Below are positions 14,453 through 30,298 of a stretch of DNA of 64,000 bases, one piece after another. A model generated the notes under the pieces. That model worked only from the letters and a program-made list of their open reading frames with translations, was not told the origin of the DNA and did not search any database. The number at the start of each line of letters is the position of its first letter. The first letter of the stretch is position 1. Position numbers and translations under genes: made by a program. The DNA is taken from NCBI RefSeq assembly GCF_058153355.1, contig NZ_CM177019.1; one strand, written 5' to 3'.

Positions 14453-14762
14453 TATTCCTTGTTATACACATTACGAAAAATAAGACATTTAAGATCATCA
14501 AAAGAGGAAAGTAAATGTATTGCGTATAAAGGAATAGATTAAATTTATTAAAATTCATGTGGAAAATAATTTATAAAAATACATCATTAAAACATATGTA
14601 TTAATTTTATATTTATTTCGCAGCCAAACAGGATAAACATCAGTCAGGACAAAGACGTAAAATTTAAGATGAAAGAATATCTGCCGCTTTGATAATCCCA
14701 AAGAGCAAAAGCATCCGACAGCGAGGTGCCGTTATGTTCTGTGAAAGTGGAGAAGGTAACCG

Positions 14763-14954
14763 CTAACGTTGTACCGGTGATTCGACGGAGAGTGTGGATT
14801 GCTGAGCTTCTTTTTTGCTCTGATGGTGCTGCCATGCACCGACGGACGAGTAGATAAAACGGCCAAAGAAGAAGATAAAGCTGATGAGCAGTACGATACG
14901 GGTCATGCGACTGTTAAATCGGTGTCGTTTTCGCATACTGGTTGCCTGACTCAC
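14763..14954 (-). CDS. yfgG: Small membrane protein YfgG
   Basis: 63-aa ORF at the K-12 yfgG position, in an AT-rich intergenic tract, with one hydrophobic segment. Confidence 0.6.
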   Translation of the reverse strand: MSQATSMRKRHRFNSRMTRIVLLISFIFFFGRFIYSSVGAWQHHQSKKEAQQSTLSVESPVQR

Positions 14955-15305
14955 AAAAGGTTCCTTGAAGTATGTCCCACGCCGTGGACGGTACTTACAT
15001 TAAGGCACAACAGGACAAAATGGTCAATTCTTCGTTATGTAAAAAAGCGTCAGTGGATACATATTTTAATGTTATGGAAGTTAATTTAATTATTTACAAT
15101 GATGATGTAATAATGATGAATTAACATGATAAACGTAATAATTCATTAATCAGGGGTATTTTGTTTGATATATATCAATTGGAACTTTCATATGACACTT
15201 AGAATCAATGCTCTCTATAGTGATGAATAATCATCATTCGAAGTCAGGTGGGATGCCTGTCTGAATACACCTCCTTCAGGATGTGGGGGATTCTGCTGAG
15301 CATCT

Positions 15306-17549
15306 ATGAAACTGAATGCAACCTATATAAAAATACGTGATAAATGGTGGGGGCTTCCGCTGTTCCTGCCTTCTTTAATCTTGCCCATTTTCGCCCATAT
15401 TAATACTTTCGCGCATATTTCTTCCGGTGAGGTTTTTCTCTTTTACCTGCCTTTGGCACTGATGATCAGCATGATGATGTTTTTCAGCTGGGCGGCATTG
15501 CCAGGGATCGCCTTAGGGATTTTTGTCCGCAAATATTCAGAGCTGGGTTTTTACGAAACGCTCTCATTAACAGCTAATTTTATTATCATTATCATTCTCT
15601 GTTGGGGCGGTTACAGGGTCTTTACTCCCCGGCGTAACAACGTTTCACATGGTGATACCCGTTTAATTTCCCAGCGTATATTCTGGCAGATTGTGTTTCC
15701 TGCAACGCTGTTTCTGATACTTTTCCAGTTTGCCGCATTTGTAGGGTTACTGGCGAGTAGAGAAAATCTGGTCGGCGTCATGCCTTTTAACCTCGGGACC
15801 TTAATCAATTATCAGGCCTTACTGGTGGGCAATCTGATTGGTGTTCCGCTGTGCTACTTCATCATTCGGGTGGTGCGAAATCCGTTTTATTTACGCAGCT
15901 ATTATTCGCAATTAAAACAGCAAGTTGATGTGAAAGTCACCAAAAAAGAGTTCGCGCTCTGGCTACTGGCATTAGGTGCGTTGTTGTTGCTGTTATGCAT
16001 GCCGTTAAATGAAAAAAGCACGATTTTCAGCACCAATTATACCTTGTCATTATTGCTACCCCTGATGATGTGGGGAGCCATGCGCTATGGTTATAAGTTG
16101 ATTTCGCTGCTCTGGGCGGTCGTGCTGATGATCAGCATCCACAGCTATCAAAATTACATTCCCATTTATCCTGGCTATACCACGCAACTGACCATAACCT
16201 CCTCCAGTTATCTGGTATTCTCTTTTATTGTCAATTATATGGCTGTACTGGCAACCCGTCAGCGAGCGGTAGTCAGACGCATTCAGCGGCTTGCGTATGT
16301 GGACCCGGTGGTTCATCTGCCAAATGTTCGCGCCCTGAATCGCGCGTTGCGTGATGCCCCCTGGTCTGCGCTTTGTTATTTACGCATCCCCGGCATGGAA
16401 ATGCTGGTTAAGAACTATGGCATCATGCTACGGATTCAATACAAGCAAAAACTTTCTCACTGGCTGTCACCATTGCTGGAACCGGGTGAAGATGTTTATC
16501 AGCTTTCGGGTAACGATCTCGCGCTGCGACTGAATACAGAATCGCACCAGGAGCGCATTACCGCACTGGATAGCCATCTCAAGCAATTTCGTTTCTTTTG
16601 GGATGGAATGCCGATGCAACCGCAGATTGGCGTCAGTTACTGCTATGTACGCTCGCCGGTGAATCATATCTACCTGCTGCTGGGAGAGCTAAATACGGTT
16701 GCTGAACTCTCCATCGTGACCAACGCTCCAGAAAATATGCAGCGCCGCGGGGCTATGTATTTACAACGTGAATTGAAAGATAAAGTCGCGATGATGAATC
16801 GGCTACAGCAGGCATTGGAGCATAACCATTTTTTCCTGATGGCCCAGCCGATTACCGGTATGCGTGGTGATGTCTACCATGAAATTCTTCTGCGCATGAA
16901 AGGTGATAATGATGAACTGATCAGCCCCGACAGCTTCTTGCCGGTCGCGCACGAATTTGGTTTATCGTCGAGTATCGACATGTGGGTCATTGAGCATACG
17001 CTGCAATTTATGGCTGAAAACAGAGCGAAGATGCCCGCTCACCGTTTTGCGATTAATCTGTCGCCAACCTCGGTATGTCAGGCTCGTTTTCCCGTTGAAG
17101 TCAGTCAGCTGCTGGCTAAATATCAAATTGAAGCGTGGCAACTTATTTTTGAAGTCACCGAAAGTAATGCTCTGACCAATGTTAAGCAGGCGCAGATCAC
17201 CTTGCAGCATCTTCAGGAATTAGGCTGCCAGATTGCGATTGATGATTTCGGAACCGGCTACGCCAGCTATGCACGGCTTAAAAATGTGAATGCCGATCTG
17301 CTTAAAATTGACGGCAGTTTTATCCGCAATATTGTGTCAAATAGTCTGGATTATCAGATAGTGGCGTCGATTTGCCACCTGGCGCGAATGAAGAAAATGC
17401 TGGTAGTGGCAGAGTACGTTGAAAACGAAGAGATCCGCGAGGCGGTGCTCTCTTTGGGGATCGATTATATGCAGGGTTATCTTATTGGTAAGCCGCAACC
17501 GTTAATTGATACGCTGAATGAAATCGAACCCATTCGCGAAAGTGCCTGA
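15306..17549 (+). CDS. pdeF: Cyclic-di-GMP phosphodiesterase PdeF (YfgF): MASE1, degenerate GGDEF and EAL domains
   Basis: 747-aa ORF with a multi-TM N-terminus and a C-terminal EAL domain (EVTES.., DDFGTGYAS). Confidence 0.88.
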   Translation: MKLNATYIKIRDKWWGLPLFLPSLILPIFAHINTFAHISSGEVFLFYLPLALMISMMMFFSWAALPGIALGIFVRKYSELGFYETLSLTANFIIIIILCWGGYRVFTPRRNNVSHGDTRLISQRIFWQIVFPATLFLILFQFAAFVGLLASRENLVGVMPFNLGTLINYQALLVGNLIGVPLCYFIIRVVRNPFYLRSYYSQLKQQVDVKVTKKEFALWLLALGALLLLLCMPLNEKSTIFSTNYTLSLLLPLMMWGAMRYGYKLISLLWAVVLMISIHSYQNYIPIYPGYTTQLTITSSSYLVFSFIVNYMAVLATRQRAVVRRIQRLAYVDPVVHLPNVRALNRALRDAPWSALCYLRIPGMEMLVKNYGIMLRIQYKQKLSHWLSPLLEPGEDVYQLSGNDLALRLNTESHQERITALDSHLKQFRFFWDGMPMQPQIGVSYCYVRSPVNHIYLLLGELNTVAELSIVTNAPENMQRRGAMYLQRELKDKVAMMNRLQQALEHNHFFLMAQPITGMRGDVYHEILLRMKGDNDELISPDSFLPVAHEFGLSSSIDMWVIEHTLQFMAENRAKMPAHRFAINLSPTSVCQARFPVEVSQLLAKYQIEAWQLIFEVTESNALTNVKQAQITLQHLQELGCQIAIDDFGTGYASYARLKNVNADLLKIDGSFIRNIVSNSLDYQIVASICHLARMKKMLVVAEYVENEEIREAVLSLGIDYMQGYLIGKPQPLIDTLNEIEPIRESA

Positions 17550-17554
17550 ATAAT

Positions 17555-17581
17555 GCGGGCCGACATTTCTTGTCGGCCCGC
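17555..17581. terminator. GC-rich hairpin between convergent pdeF and ppx
   Basis: Stem gcgggccgaca/tgtcggcccgc with a 6-nt loop; no strong U-tract. Confidence 0.45.
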
Positions 17582-17587
17582 AAAGCA

Positions 17588-21200
<3,613 letters not shown>

Positions 21201-21370
21201 TACCACTTTTACTCCGTTTTATTCACGGGACACTGCCTGGATATTATGGCGAGCAATATTGGCAGATGTCCAACTATGCCAGAAAAGGGGGAAAAAAACT
21301 GCTGGAGCTTGCGATTTACAGGTGAATTGAAAAACGCCAGCGGCAGAGCTGGCGCTTTAACTACGGGGCA

Positions 21371-22008
21371 TTACTCGTCGGCAGCGTAGCCCTGCGGCGG
21401 CAGACGTTGACCATCCAGCCACGCGGCGTTTTCGTGCATTTTCAGACGACCATCGGCAAACCAGCTAATCACCAGTGGATAAATAGCGTGTTCCTGGGTT
21501 TGCACGCGGGCGGTGATGTCATCCTCCGTATCACCAGCAAATACCGGGACTTTCGCCTGTAAAATAACCGGGCCACCGTCCAGTTCATCGGTGACGAAAT
21601 GCACCGATGTACCGTGCTCTTCATCGCCATTTTCCAGCGCCTGACGATGGGTGTGTAATCCGGGATATTTCGGCAGCAGAGAAGGGTGAATATTCAGCAA
21701 ACGCCCGGCATAGTGGGAGACAAACGCCGGGCTGAGAATGCGCATAAAACCAGCCAGCACGACCACATCGGGTGCGTACATGTCGATTTCATGAATCAAC
21801 TCCCGGTCATAGGCTTCACGACTGTCAAACGCGCTGGCGATGAGCGTATGCGTTGCAATACCCGCCTGGCGGGCGCGTTCAAGGCCGAACGCGTCGGCCT
21901 TATTGCTGAAAACTGCCCGTAGGGTGCCTTTAATTTTGTTGGCTTTGCAGGCGTCAATTATTGCCTGCAAATTACTTCCGTTGCCGGAAATAAGCACCAC
22001 AATATTCA

Positions 22009-22009
<1 letters not shown>
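21371..22009 (-). CDS. purN: Phosphoribosylglycinamide formyltransferase 1
   Basis: 212-aa ORF beginning MNIVVLISGNGSNLQAIIDAC; its start overlaps the purM stop. Confidence 0.95.
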
Positions 22010-23064
<1,055 letters not shown>

Positions 23065-23111
23065 TTACTTGCGGTAGAAAAATAAAAATTCGGCGCAATT
23101 CTAACAGGGAA

Positions 23112-23125
23112 AGCAAACGTTTGCG
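23112..23125. promoter_or_regulatory. PurR operator (pur box) in the purMN control region
   Basis: Palindrome AGCAAACGTTTGCG matches the PurR consensus core GCAAACGTTTGC, about 65 bp upstream of the purM start. Confidence 0.65.
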
Positions 23126-23323
23126 AGACTGCTTTACACAACCTTTTTGCACTTCATTTTCCCAAGCGCGCGGCGAAAGAATAGCTGCACCGTGGCAAAG
23201 GAGAGTTTTTGGATGGAATAATATTCTTTCATAACCACATGAATATAAAGTAACTTTATCTAAAACCGTTATCATTTTGACTAAAGTCAACGAAAATAAT
23301 ATTGCCGCCTTGAAGAAAGGAGG

Positions 23324-23345
23324 TATAATCCGTCGATTTTTTTTG
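23324..23345 (+). promoter_or_regulatory. upp promoter -10 (TATAAT) and initially transcribed G-A-T8-G tract (UTP-sensitive reiterative transcription)
   Basis: TATAAT at 23324-23329 is followed by GATTTTTTTTG at 23335-23345, 27 bp before the upp ATG. Confidence 0.65.
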
Positions 23346-23371
23346 TGGCTGCCCCTCAAAGGAGAAAGAGT

Positions 23372-23998
23372 ATGAAGATCGTGGAAGTCAAACACCCACT
23401 CGTCAAACACAAGCTGGGACTGATGCGTGAGCAAGATATCAGCACCAAGCGCTTTCGCGAACTCGCTTCCGAAGTGGGTAGCCTGCTGACTTACGAAGCG
23501 ACCGCCGACCTCGAAACGGAAAAAGTAACTATCGAAGGCTGGAACGGCCCGGTAGAAATCGACCAGATCAAAGGTAAGAAAATTACCGTGGTGCCAATTT
23601 TACGTGCCGGTCTGGGGATGATGGACGGTGTGCTGGAAAACGTTCCGAGCGCGCGCATCAGCGTCGTCGGTATGTACCGTAATGAAGAAACGCTGGAGCC
23701 GGTACCGTACTTCCAGAAACTGGTTTCTAACATCGATGAGCGTATGGCGCTGATCGTTGACCCAATGCTGGCAACCGGTGGTTCCGTTATCGCGACCATC
23801 GACCTGCTGAAAAAAGCGGGCTGCAGCAGCATCAAAGTTCTGGTGCTGGTAGCTGCGCCAGAAGGTATCGCAGCGCTGGAAAAAGCGCACCCGGACGTCG
23901 AACTGTATACTGCATCGATTGACCAGGGACTGAACGAGCACGGATACATTATTCCGGGCCTCGGCGATGCCGGTGACAAAATCTTTGGTACGAAATAA
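23372..23998 (+). CDS. upp: Uracil phosphoribosyltransferase
   Basis: Start placed at the internal ATG ([21 protein letters not shown]) after GGAGAAAG, giving 208 aa. Confidence 0.95.
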
Positions 23999-24012
23999 AG
24001 AATAAAAATTAT

Positions 24013-24043
24013 TAAAGCCGACTTTAAGAGTCGGCTTTTTTTT
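24013..24043 (+). terminator. Intrinsic terminator-like hairpin between upp and uraA
   Basis: Stem agccgact/agtcggct followed by a T8 run. Confidence 0.6.
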
Positions 24044-24083
24044 GAGTAAAGCGCCTATAACACATAATACAGAGGAATATACT

Positions 24084-25373
24084 ATGACGCGCCGTGCTAT
24101 CGGGGTGAGTGAAAGACCGCCACTTTTACAAACAATCCCGCTTAGTTTGCAACATTTGTTCGCCATGTTTGGTGCAACCGTCCTGGTGCCCGTCTTATTT
24201 CATATTAACCCGGCGACTGTACTGTTATTCAATGGTATCGGGACGCTGCTGTATCTCTTCATCTGTAAAGGGAAAATCCCGGCTTATCTTGGTTCCAGCT
24301 TTGCCTTTATTTCACCGGTATTGTTACTGTTGCCGTTAGGGTATGAAGTCGCGCTGGGCGGCTTTATTATGTGCGGCGTGCTGTTCTGCCTGGTTTCTTT
24401 TATCGTGAAGAAAGCGGGGACCGGCTGGCTGGACGTGCTGTTTCCACCTGCGGCAATGGGCGCAATCGTTGCCGTCATCGGTCTGGAGTTGGCGGGCGTA
24501 GCTGCCGGTATGGCAGGTTTACTCCCGGCTGAAGGGCAAACGCCAGACTCCAAAACCATCATCATCTCCATTACCACGCTGGCAGTCACGGTTTTAGGTT
24601 CCGTGCTGTTTCGTGGTTTCCTGGCAATTATCCCGATTTTAATTGGCGTGCTGGTGGGCTACGCGCTCTCTTTCGCAATGGGAATTGTCGATACCACGCC
24701 GATTATTAACGCCCACTGGTTTGCGCTGCCAACTCTCTATACGCCGCGCTTCGAGTGGTTTGCCATTCTGACTATTCTGCCAGCGGCGTTAGTGGTTATT
24801 GCCGAACACGTAGGGCACCTGGTAGTAACGGCTAATATCGTCAAAAAAGATCTGCTGCGCGATCCAGGTCTGCACCGTTCGATGTTTGCTAACGGCTTGT
24901 CGACCGTGATCTCCGGCTTCTTTGGCTCTACGCCAAACACCACCTACGGGGAAAACATTGGCGTGATGGCGATCACCCGTGTTTACAGTACCTGGGTTAT
25001 CGGCGGGGCGGCGATTTTCGCTATCCTGCTTTCCTGCGTCGGTAAACTGGCTGCAGCTATCCAGATGATCCCATTGCCGGTGATGGGCGGCGTTTCGCTG
25101 CTGCTTTATGGTGTTATCGGTGCTTCCGGTATTCGTGTTTTGATCGAATCGAAAGTGGATTACAACAAAGCACAGAACCTGATCCTGACTTCTGTCATTT
25201 TGATCATCGGTGTCAGTGGCGCGAAGGTAAACATCGGCGCGGCGGAGCTGAAAGGTATGGCGCTGGCGACCATCGTCGGTATCGGCTTAAGTTTGATCTT
25301 CAAACTGATTAGTGTGCTGCGCCCTGAAGAAGTGGTGCTGGACGCAGAAGACGCGGATATAACAGACAAATAA
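24084..25373 (+). CDS. uraA: Uracil:H+ symporter
   Basis: Start placed at [36 protein letters not shown] after AGAGGA, giving 429 aa. Confidence 0.93.
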   Translation: MTRRAIGVSERPPLLQTIPLSLQHLFAMFGATVLVPVLFHINPATVLLFNGIGTLLYLFICKGKIPAYLGSSFAFISPVLLLLPLGYEVALGGFIMCGVLFCLVSFIVKKAGTGWLDVLFPPAAMGAIVAVIGLELAGVAAGMAGLLPAEGQTPDSKTIIISITTLAVTVLGSVLFRGFLAIIPILIGVLVGYALSFAMGIVDTTPIINAHWFALPTLYTPRFEWFAILTILPAALVVIAEHVGHLVVTANIVKKDLLRDPGLHRSMFANGLSTVISGFFGSTPNTTYGENIGVMAITRVYSTWVIGGAAIFAILLSCVGKLAAAIQMIPLPVMGGVSLLLYGVIGASGIRVLIESKVDYNKAQNLILTSVILIIGVSGAKVNIGAAELKGMALATIVGIGLSLIFKLISVLRPEEVVLDAEDADITDK

Positions 25374-25467
25374 TGTACCGACCGGGCAGTGCTGCTGCCC
25401 GGTTCAAACATCATGGGATTCTGTGGTAAACTTCTCGCGATTTTGTGAAATCCTGGTTGAGGTATCT

Positions 25468-26169
25468 CTGAACACACCGGCACAGCTCTCTTTGCCACTT
25501 TATCTTCCTGACGACGAAACCTTTGCAAGTTTCTGGCCGGGGGATAACTCCTCTTTACTGGCCGCGCTGCAAAACGTGCTGCGTCAGGAACATAGCGGTT
25601 ACATTTATCTCTGGGCACGCGAAGGCGCGGGGCGCAGTCATCTGCTGCACGCGGCTTGCGCGGAATTGTCGCAGCGTGGCGATGCGGTGGGCTATGTCCC
25701 GCTGGATAAACGCACCTGGTTTGTTCCGGAAGTGCTCGACGGTATGGAGCATTTGTCGCTGGTCTGTATCGACAACATTGAGTGTATTGCAGGCGATGAG
25801 TTGTGGGAGATGGCGATTTTCGATCTCTACAATCGAATTCTGGAATCGGGTAAAACACGGTTGTTAATCACCGGCGATCGTCCACCGCGGCAGTTGAATC
25901 TGGGATTACCGGATCTCGCGTCGCGACTCGACTGGGGGCAGATCTACAAATTGCAGCCTCTTTCTGATGAAGATAAGTTGCAGGCGCTACAGTTACGCGC
26001 GCGTTTGCGTGGTTTTGAACTGCCGGAAGATGTGGGGCGTTTCTTGCTGAAGCGGCTCGACAGAGAGATGCGCACGTTATTTATGACGTTGGATCAGTTG
26101 GATCGTGCGTCGATTACCGCGCAACGTAAGCTGACCATTCCGTTTGTGAAAGAAATTCTGAAACTGTAG
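25468..26169 (+). CDS. hda: DnaA-inactivating protein Hda (regulatory inactivation of DnaA)
   Basis: AAA+ fold protein ending ..[11 protein letters not shown]. Start assigned to the CTG at 25468 ([19 protein letters not shown]) by analogy with K-12, giving 233 aa. Confidence 0.8.
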
Positions 26170-26274
26170 ACAAGACGTTTATCGTCGGATGCGCGCCCAT
26201 TGTATTCGTAGGCCGGATAAGACGCGGCAAGCGTCGTATCCGGCAACGTGACTTAACTCGCGAAAAGGCGCATA
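26170..26274. repeat. REP/BIME-type extragenic palindromes
   Basis: Inverted GCCGGATAAGACGCG-type units (gtaggccggataagacgcggcaagcgtcgtatccggcaac). Confidence 0.6.
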
Positions 26275-26634
26275 TTAACCCACGATTTCCAGCACCTGCT
26301 CCGGTGGACGACCAATTCGCGCTTTGCCATTGGCGACCACAATCGGGCGCTCCATTAGCTTCGGATTATCCACCATTGCCTGAATCAGCGCCTCTTCGCT
26401 AAGCGAACTGTCAGCCAGGTTCAGTTCTTTATAAAGATCCTCTTTCTGGCGCATCAATTCACGAGCGCTATTCATTCCCAGCATTTTCAGCAAATCGCGC
26501 AGCGTTGCCGCATCGGCGGGTGTCTCAAGGTAGAGCACCACTTCTGGCTCCACGCCGTTTTCTTTCAGCAGGTTCAGCGTTTCCCGGCTCTTTGAACAGC
26601 GTGGGTTATGGTAGATTTTTACCTGTTTGGTCAT
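26275..26634 (-). CDS. yfgD: ArsC-family reductase YfgD
   Basis: 119-aa ORF with MTKQVKIYHNPRCSKSRETL, the ArsC/Spx CxxS motif region. Confidence 0.85.
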   Translation of the reverse strand: MTKQVKIYHNPRCSKSRETLNLLKENGVEPEVVLYLETPADAATLRDLLKMLGMNSARELMRQKEDLYKELNLADSSLSEEALIQAMVDNPKLMERPIVVANGKARIGRPPEQVLEIVG

Positions 26635-26654
26635 TGTTCTTCCTTTAATGCGAA

Positions 26655-28118
26655 TTACATCTTGGTATAAGGCTTAAAGCGTTCCTGCAGCTGGCGCAAC
26701 TGGTCGATGCGCGCATCGTAACGCGCTTGTTGCAGGCTGCCTAATTTCACCTGAGAACTGGCGCTACTCAACAAGGAAATGGCCTGATCGAGTCGCCCGG
26801 CGAGCGCATAACCTTCTGCTCGCGCTGCCAGTTCCTGATCGCGGTTATTTAGCGCGGCCTCCGCCTGTGCCAGTAAATCCCAGCCATTGCTGTCATCTTT
26901 ATTATTAAAAGTGTAGCGATTCAGAATATTGGCCGCTTCCTGTGGTTGCCCCCCTTGCAGATAAGCGTTCGCCAGGTTGAGCTGCAACACCGGATTGGTG
27001 CGCAAATCGCGGGCATTTTTCAGGCGATTGATAGCGTCATTGGCTTTGTTTTGCCCAAGATCGATATCGGTAGCCAGATCGAGATACCATGCGTTGCCAG
27101 GTTCTGCCGCCAGTAACGGTTGCAGCGTTTTACGCGCTTCGTCGTATTTATTGGCTTCCATCGCCTGTAAAGCACGACCATATTGCGCCGCTCGTTGCTG
27201 ACGAACGTTTCCTTTCGCCCATTCATCCAGCAAATCACTGGTGAGCTGATTACGTCCGGAATTATACATCCCCAGTGTGCGCGCTTTCGCCAGATAGAAA
27301 TCCTCCGACGACTGCACCACCATCGGGCGCATCTGATTAGCACGGTTACGGGCATCCGCCAGACGGCTTTCCGGCAACGGGTGAGTCAATAAAATTTCCG
27401 GCGGACGCGAGGAGTAACGCGCCTGATCGAGTAATTTTTCGAGGAAGGTTGGCATCGCCTGCGGATCGAATCCTGAGCGTTGCAGCACCTGAATACCAAT
27501 GCGGTCCGCTTCCTGTTCATTTTGCTGGGTGAAGCTGATCATCCCCTGGCGCGTTCCCGCCAGTGTACCGGTCAGCGCCGCCATCCCCGCTTGCGGACTG
27601 GCCATCGCCAGTAAAATAGAACCTAACGCGCCGACCCAGGTAAGCGGTGCGCTGCGCTGTTGATCTTCCATCGCTCGCGCCAGGTGACGTTGGGTGACGT
27701 GGGAGATTTCGTGCGCCATAACTGAAGCCAGTTGACTTTCGTTATCGGAATAACGGAACAGGGCAGAGTGCAGCACCACGTTGCCGCCAAAGAAAGCAAA
27801 GGCGTTAATTTCGTCGTTATTGATCAAAAAGAAATGGAACGGCGTCTTAACCGAATTGGCATGCGAAACCAGACGCATCCCCAGCGAATTAATGTACTGC
27901 GTTAACAACGGGTCATTAATTAACGGCGCACTGCCGCGTAATTGGCGGACATAATAGTCGCCCATCTGCATTTCCTGACCAATGGAAAGCGTGCTTCCTG
28001 CGGAGGTTCCCATATCCGGCAAGGTGTCTGCGCTATCGGCAAACGCCGGGGCTACCTGACCGATAGTCATAGCAGCAATGAGGGTAGCAACCAGGTTTTT
28101 TTTCAACTGCCTGAACAT
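26655..28118 (-). CDS. bepA: Periplasmic beta-barrel assembly-enhancing protease BepA (M48 peptidase with TPR)
   Basis: 487-aa ORF with signal peptide, [10 protein letters not shown] zinc motif and a TPR-like C-terminus. Confidence 0.9.
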   Translation of the reverse strand: MFRQLKKNLVATLIAAMTIGQVAPAFADSADTLPDMGTSAGSTLSIGQEMQMGDYYVRQLRGSAPLINDPLLTQYINSLGMRLVSHANSVKTPFHFFLINNDEINAFAFFGGNVVLHSALFRYSDNESQLASVMAHEISHVTQRHLARAMEDQQRSAPLTWVGALGSILLAMASPQAGMAALTGTLAGTRQGMISFTQQNEQEADRIGIQVLQRSGFDPQAMPTFLEKLLDQARYSSRPPEILLTHPLPESRLADARNRANQMRPMVVQSSEDFYLAKARTLGMYNSGRNQLTSDLLDEWAKGNVRQQRAAQYGRALQAMEANKYDEARKTLQPLLAAEPGNAWYLDLATDIDLGQNKANDAINRLKNARDLRTNPVLQLNLANAYLQGGQPQEAANILNRYTFNNKDDSNGWDLLAQAEAALNNRDQELAARAEGYALAGRLDQAISLLSSASSQVKLGSLQQARYDARIDQLRQLQERFKPYTKM

Positions 28119-28330
28119 AACCTCTGTCCTGTGTTTCTGGAGATAGTCATTTGACCGATACTGTGAAATATCGTTCCCACCGCGCCGCCTTTGAGTGTAA
28201 CGGCGAAGATTAGCCCACTCAAATGACTTTTCAGTTTCCTGAATTCGTCATAAAAAGCGAAGTCTTTTTTGTGACATTTCGATACAATTGCGGATCGCAA
28301 TCCCGCTCTTGAGGTTCAGGGAAGGTCTTT

Positions 28331-29392
28331 ATGCTCGAAATGTTGATGCAATGGTATCGCCGCCGTTTTAGCGACCCGGAAGCGATTGCCTTGCTGGTTA
28401 TTTTAGTTGCCGGATTTGGCATTATCTTTTTCTTTAGCGGCCTACTCGCACCGTTGCTGGTGGCGATTGTGCTGGCCTATTTACTGGAATGGCCAACCGT
28501 GCGCCTACAATCAATAGGCTGCTCCCGACGTTGGGCGACATCGATTGTATTGGTCGTTTTCGTCGGTATTTTGCTGCTGATGGCGTTCGTGGTAATGCCT
28601 ATCGCCTGGCAACAGGGCATCTACTTAATCCGTGATATGCCGGGGATGCTCAATAAGCTCTCTGATTTTGCCGCCACGTTGCCGCGCCGCTATCCGGCGT
28701 TAATGGATGCGGGGATTATTGATGCAATGGCCGAAAATATGCGCAGCCGGATGCTCACCATGGGCGATTCGGTGGTGAAAATTTCCCTCGCCTCGCTGGT
28801 CGGTTTGCTGACCATTGCCGTCTATCTGGTGCTGGTGCCATTGATGGTCTTCTTCCTGCTGAAAGACAAAGAGCAAATGTTGAACGCCGTTCGTCGGGTG
28901 CTGCCGCGTAACCGTGGACTGGCAGGACAGGTGTGGAAGGAGATGAATCAACAAATCACCAACTATATCCGCGGCAAAGTGCTGGAGATGATCGTGGTGG
29001 GGATTGCCACCTGGCTGGGATTCTTACTCTTCGGGCTGAACTATTCGCTGCTGCTGGCGGTGCTGGTCGGCTTCTCGGTACTTATTCCGTACATTGGTGC
29101 ATTTGTGGTGACCATTCCGGTGGTTGGCGTGGCGCTATTCCAGTTTGGTGCTGGCACGGAATTCTGGAGCTGCTTCGCGGTGTATCTGATCATTCAGGCG
29201 CTGGACGGCAACCTGTTAGTACCTGTGTTGTTCTCCGAAGCGGTTAACCTGCATCCGCTGGTCATTATTTTATCAGTAGTGATCTTCGGTGGTTTGTGGG
29301 GATTCTGGGGCGTATTCTTCGCCATTCCATTGGCGACGCTGATCAAAGCCGTGATTCACGCCTGGCCCGATGGGCAAATCGCGCAAGAATAA
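28331..29392 (+). CDS. perM: AI-2E-family permease PerM (YfgO)
   Basis: 353-aa polytopic membrane ORF at the K-12 perM position. Confidence 0.85.
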   Translation: MLEMLMQWYRRRFSDPEAIALLVILVAGFGIIFFFSGLLAPLLVAIVLAYLLEWPTVRLQSIGCSRRWATSIVLVVFVGILLLMAFVVMPIAWQQGIYLIRDMPGMLNKLSDFAATLPRRYPALMDAGIIDAMAENMRSRMLTMGDSVVKISLASLVGLLTIAVYLVLVPLMVFFLLKDKEQMLNAVRRVLPRNRGLAGQVWKEMNQQITNYIRGKVLEMIVVGIATWLGFLLFGLNYSLLLAVLVGFSVLIPYIGAFVVTIPVVGVALFQFGAGTEFWSCFAVYLIIQALDGNLLVPVLFSEAVNLHPLVIILSVVIFGGLWGFWGVFFAIPLATLIKAVIHAWPDGQIAQE

Positions 29393-29428
29393 TCTTCAGC
29401 CCGACGAACTGTTTCGCCGGGCTGATTT

Positions 29429-30277
29429 TTAGGGTTCCTGACGTAAATAAATAGCCCGATAACAAATACTCACCAGCACTGCACCGCCGATAATATTACC
29501 CAGCATCACCGGGAGCAGATTGGCGGTAATAAAATGGCTGACCGTCAGTGCCGGAAAATTGTCTGCGCTACTGTGCGCCAGTTGCCAGAAGGAGGTAGGG
29601 GCGAAATGGCGAATGGCAATGGCGAACGGAATCACAAACAAATTGGCGATACAGTGCTCAAAGCCACTGGCGACAAACAGGGTGATGGGCAAAATCATGG
29701 CGACGATTTTGTCGCATAATGAACGTCCGCAATAACTCATCCACAGCGCCAGACAAACCATCAGATTGCACATAATGCCGAGGCTGACTGATTCAGTAAA
29801 TGTATGATGCATTTTGCCCTCGGCGCAGTGTAAAACCGCGACTCCCCACATCGCGTTTTCACTCATCACCAGCCCGGAAAACCAGATTAACAAACTGAAA
29901 CAGGCAATACCTGCCAGATTACCGCAGGCCACCAGAAGTGCATTAATCAGCCATGTTCGCAAGCTAATAACGCCCCGACTTTTTGCCATCACCGTCATTA
30001 CCGACGAGGTGAACAGGCTGGTGCCGCAAACCGCCAGCAAAATAAAGCCGAGTGTAAAGCAAAGGCCACCCACCAGATGGGTTAATGCCTGTGAAGACGG
30101 GGCATCGGCGATAACGGTAAGGTAAAAAGTAAATCCGATCGCCATAAACACGCCTGCGGACATCGCCATTAAAAAGACCGACACTTTGCTGCGGACAATT
30201 TTATGGGCGGCAATCCGTTCAGCGATTGCCGCTTTTCTGGCGCTCAACTGCAAGTCGAAAGAGAGTTTGTTTCTCAT
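29429..30277 (-). CDS. focB: Formate channel FocB (FNT family)
   Basis: 282-aa membrane ORF immediately downstream of hyfR. Confidence 0.85.
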   Translation of the reverse strand: MRNKLSFDLQLSARKAAIAERIAAHKIVRSKVSVFLMAMSAGVFMAIGFTFYLTVIADAPSSQALTHLVGGLCFTLGFILLAVCGTSLFTSSVMTVMAKSRGVISLRTWLINALLVACGNLAGIACFSLLIWFSGLVMSENAMWGVAVLHCAEGKMHHTFTESVSLGIMCNLMVCLALWMSYCGRSLCDKIVAMILPITLFVASGFEHCIANLFVIPFAIAIRHFAPTSFWQLAHSSADNFPALTVSHFITANLLPVMLGNIIGGAVLVSICYRAIYLRQEP

Positions 30278-30298
30278 GCATACTCCTGCAAAAACAGA

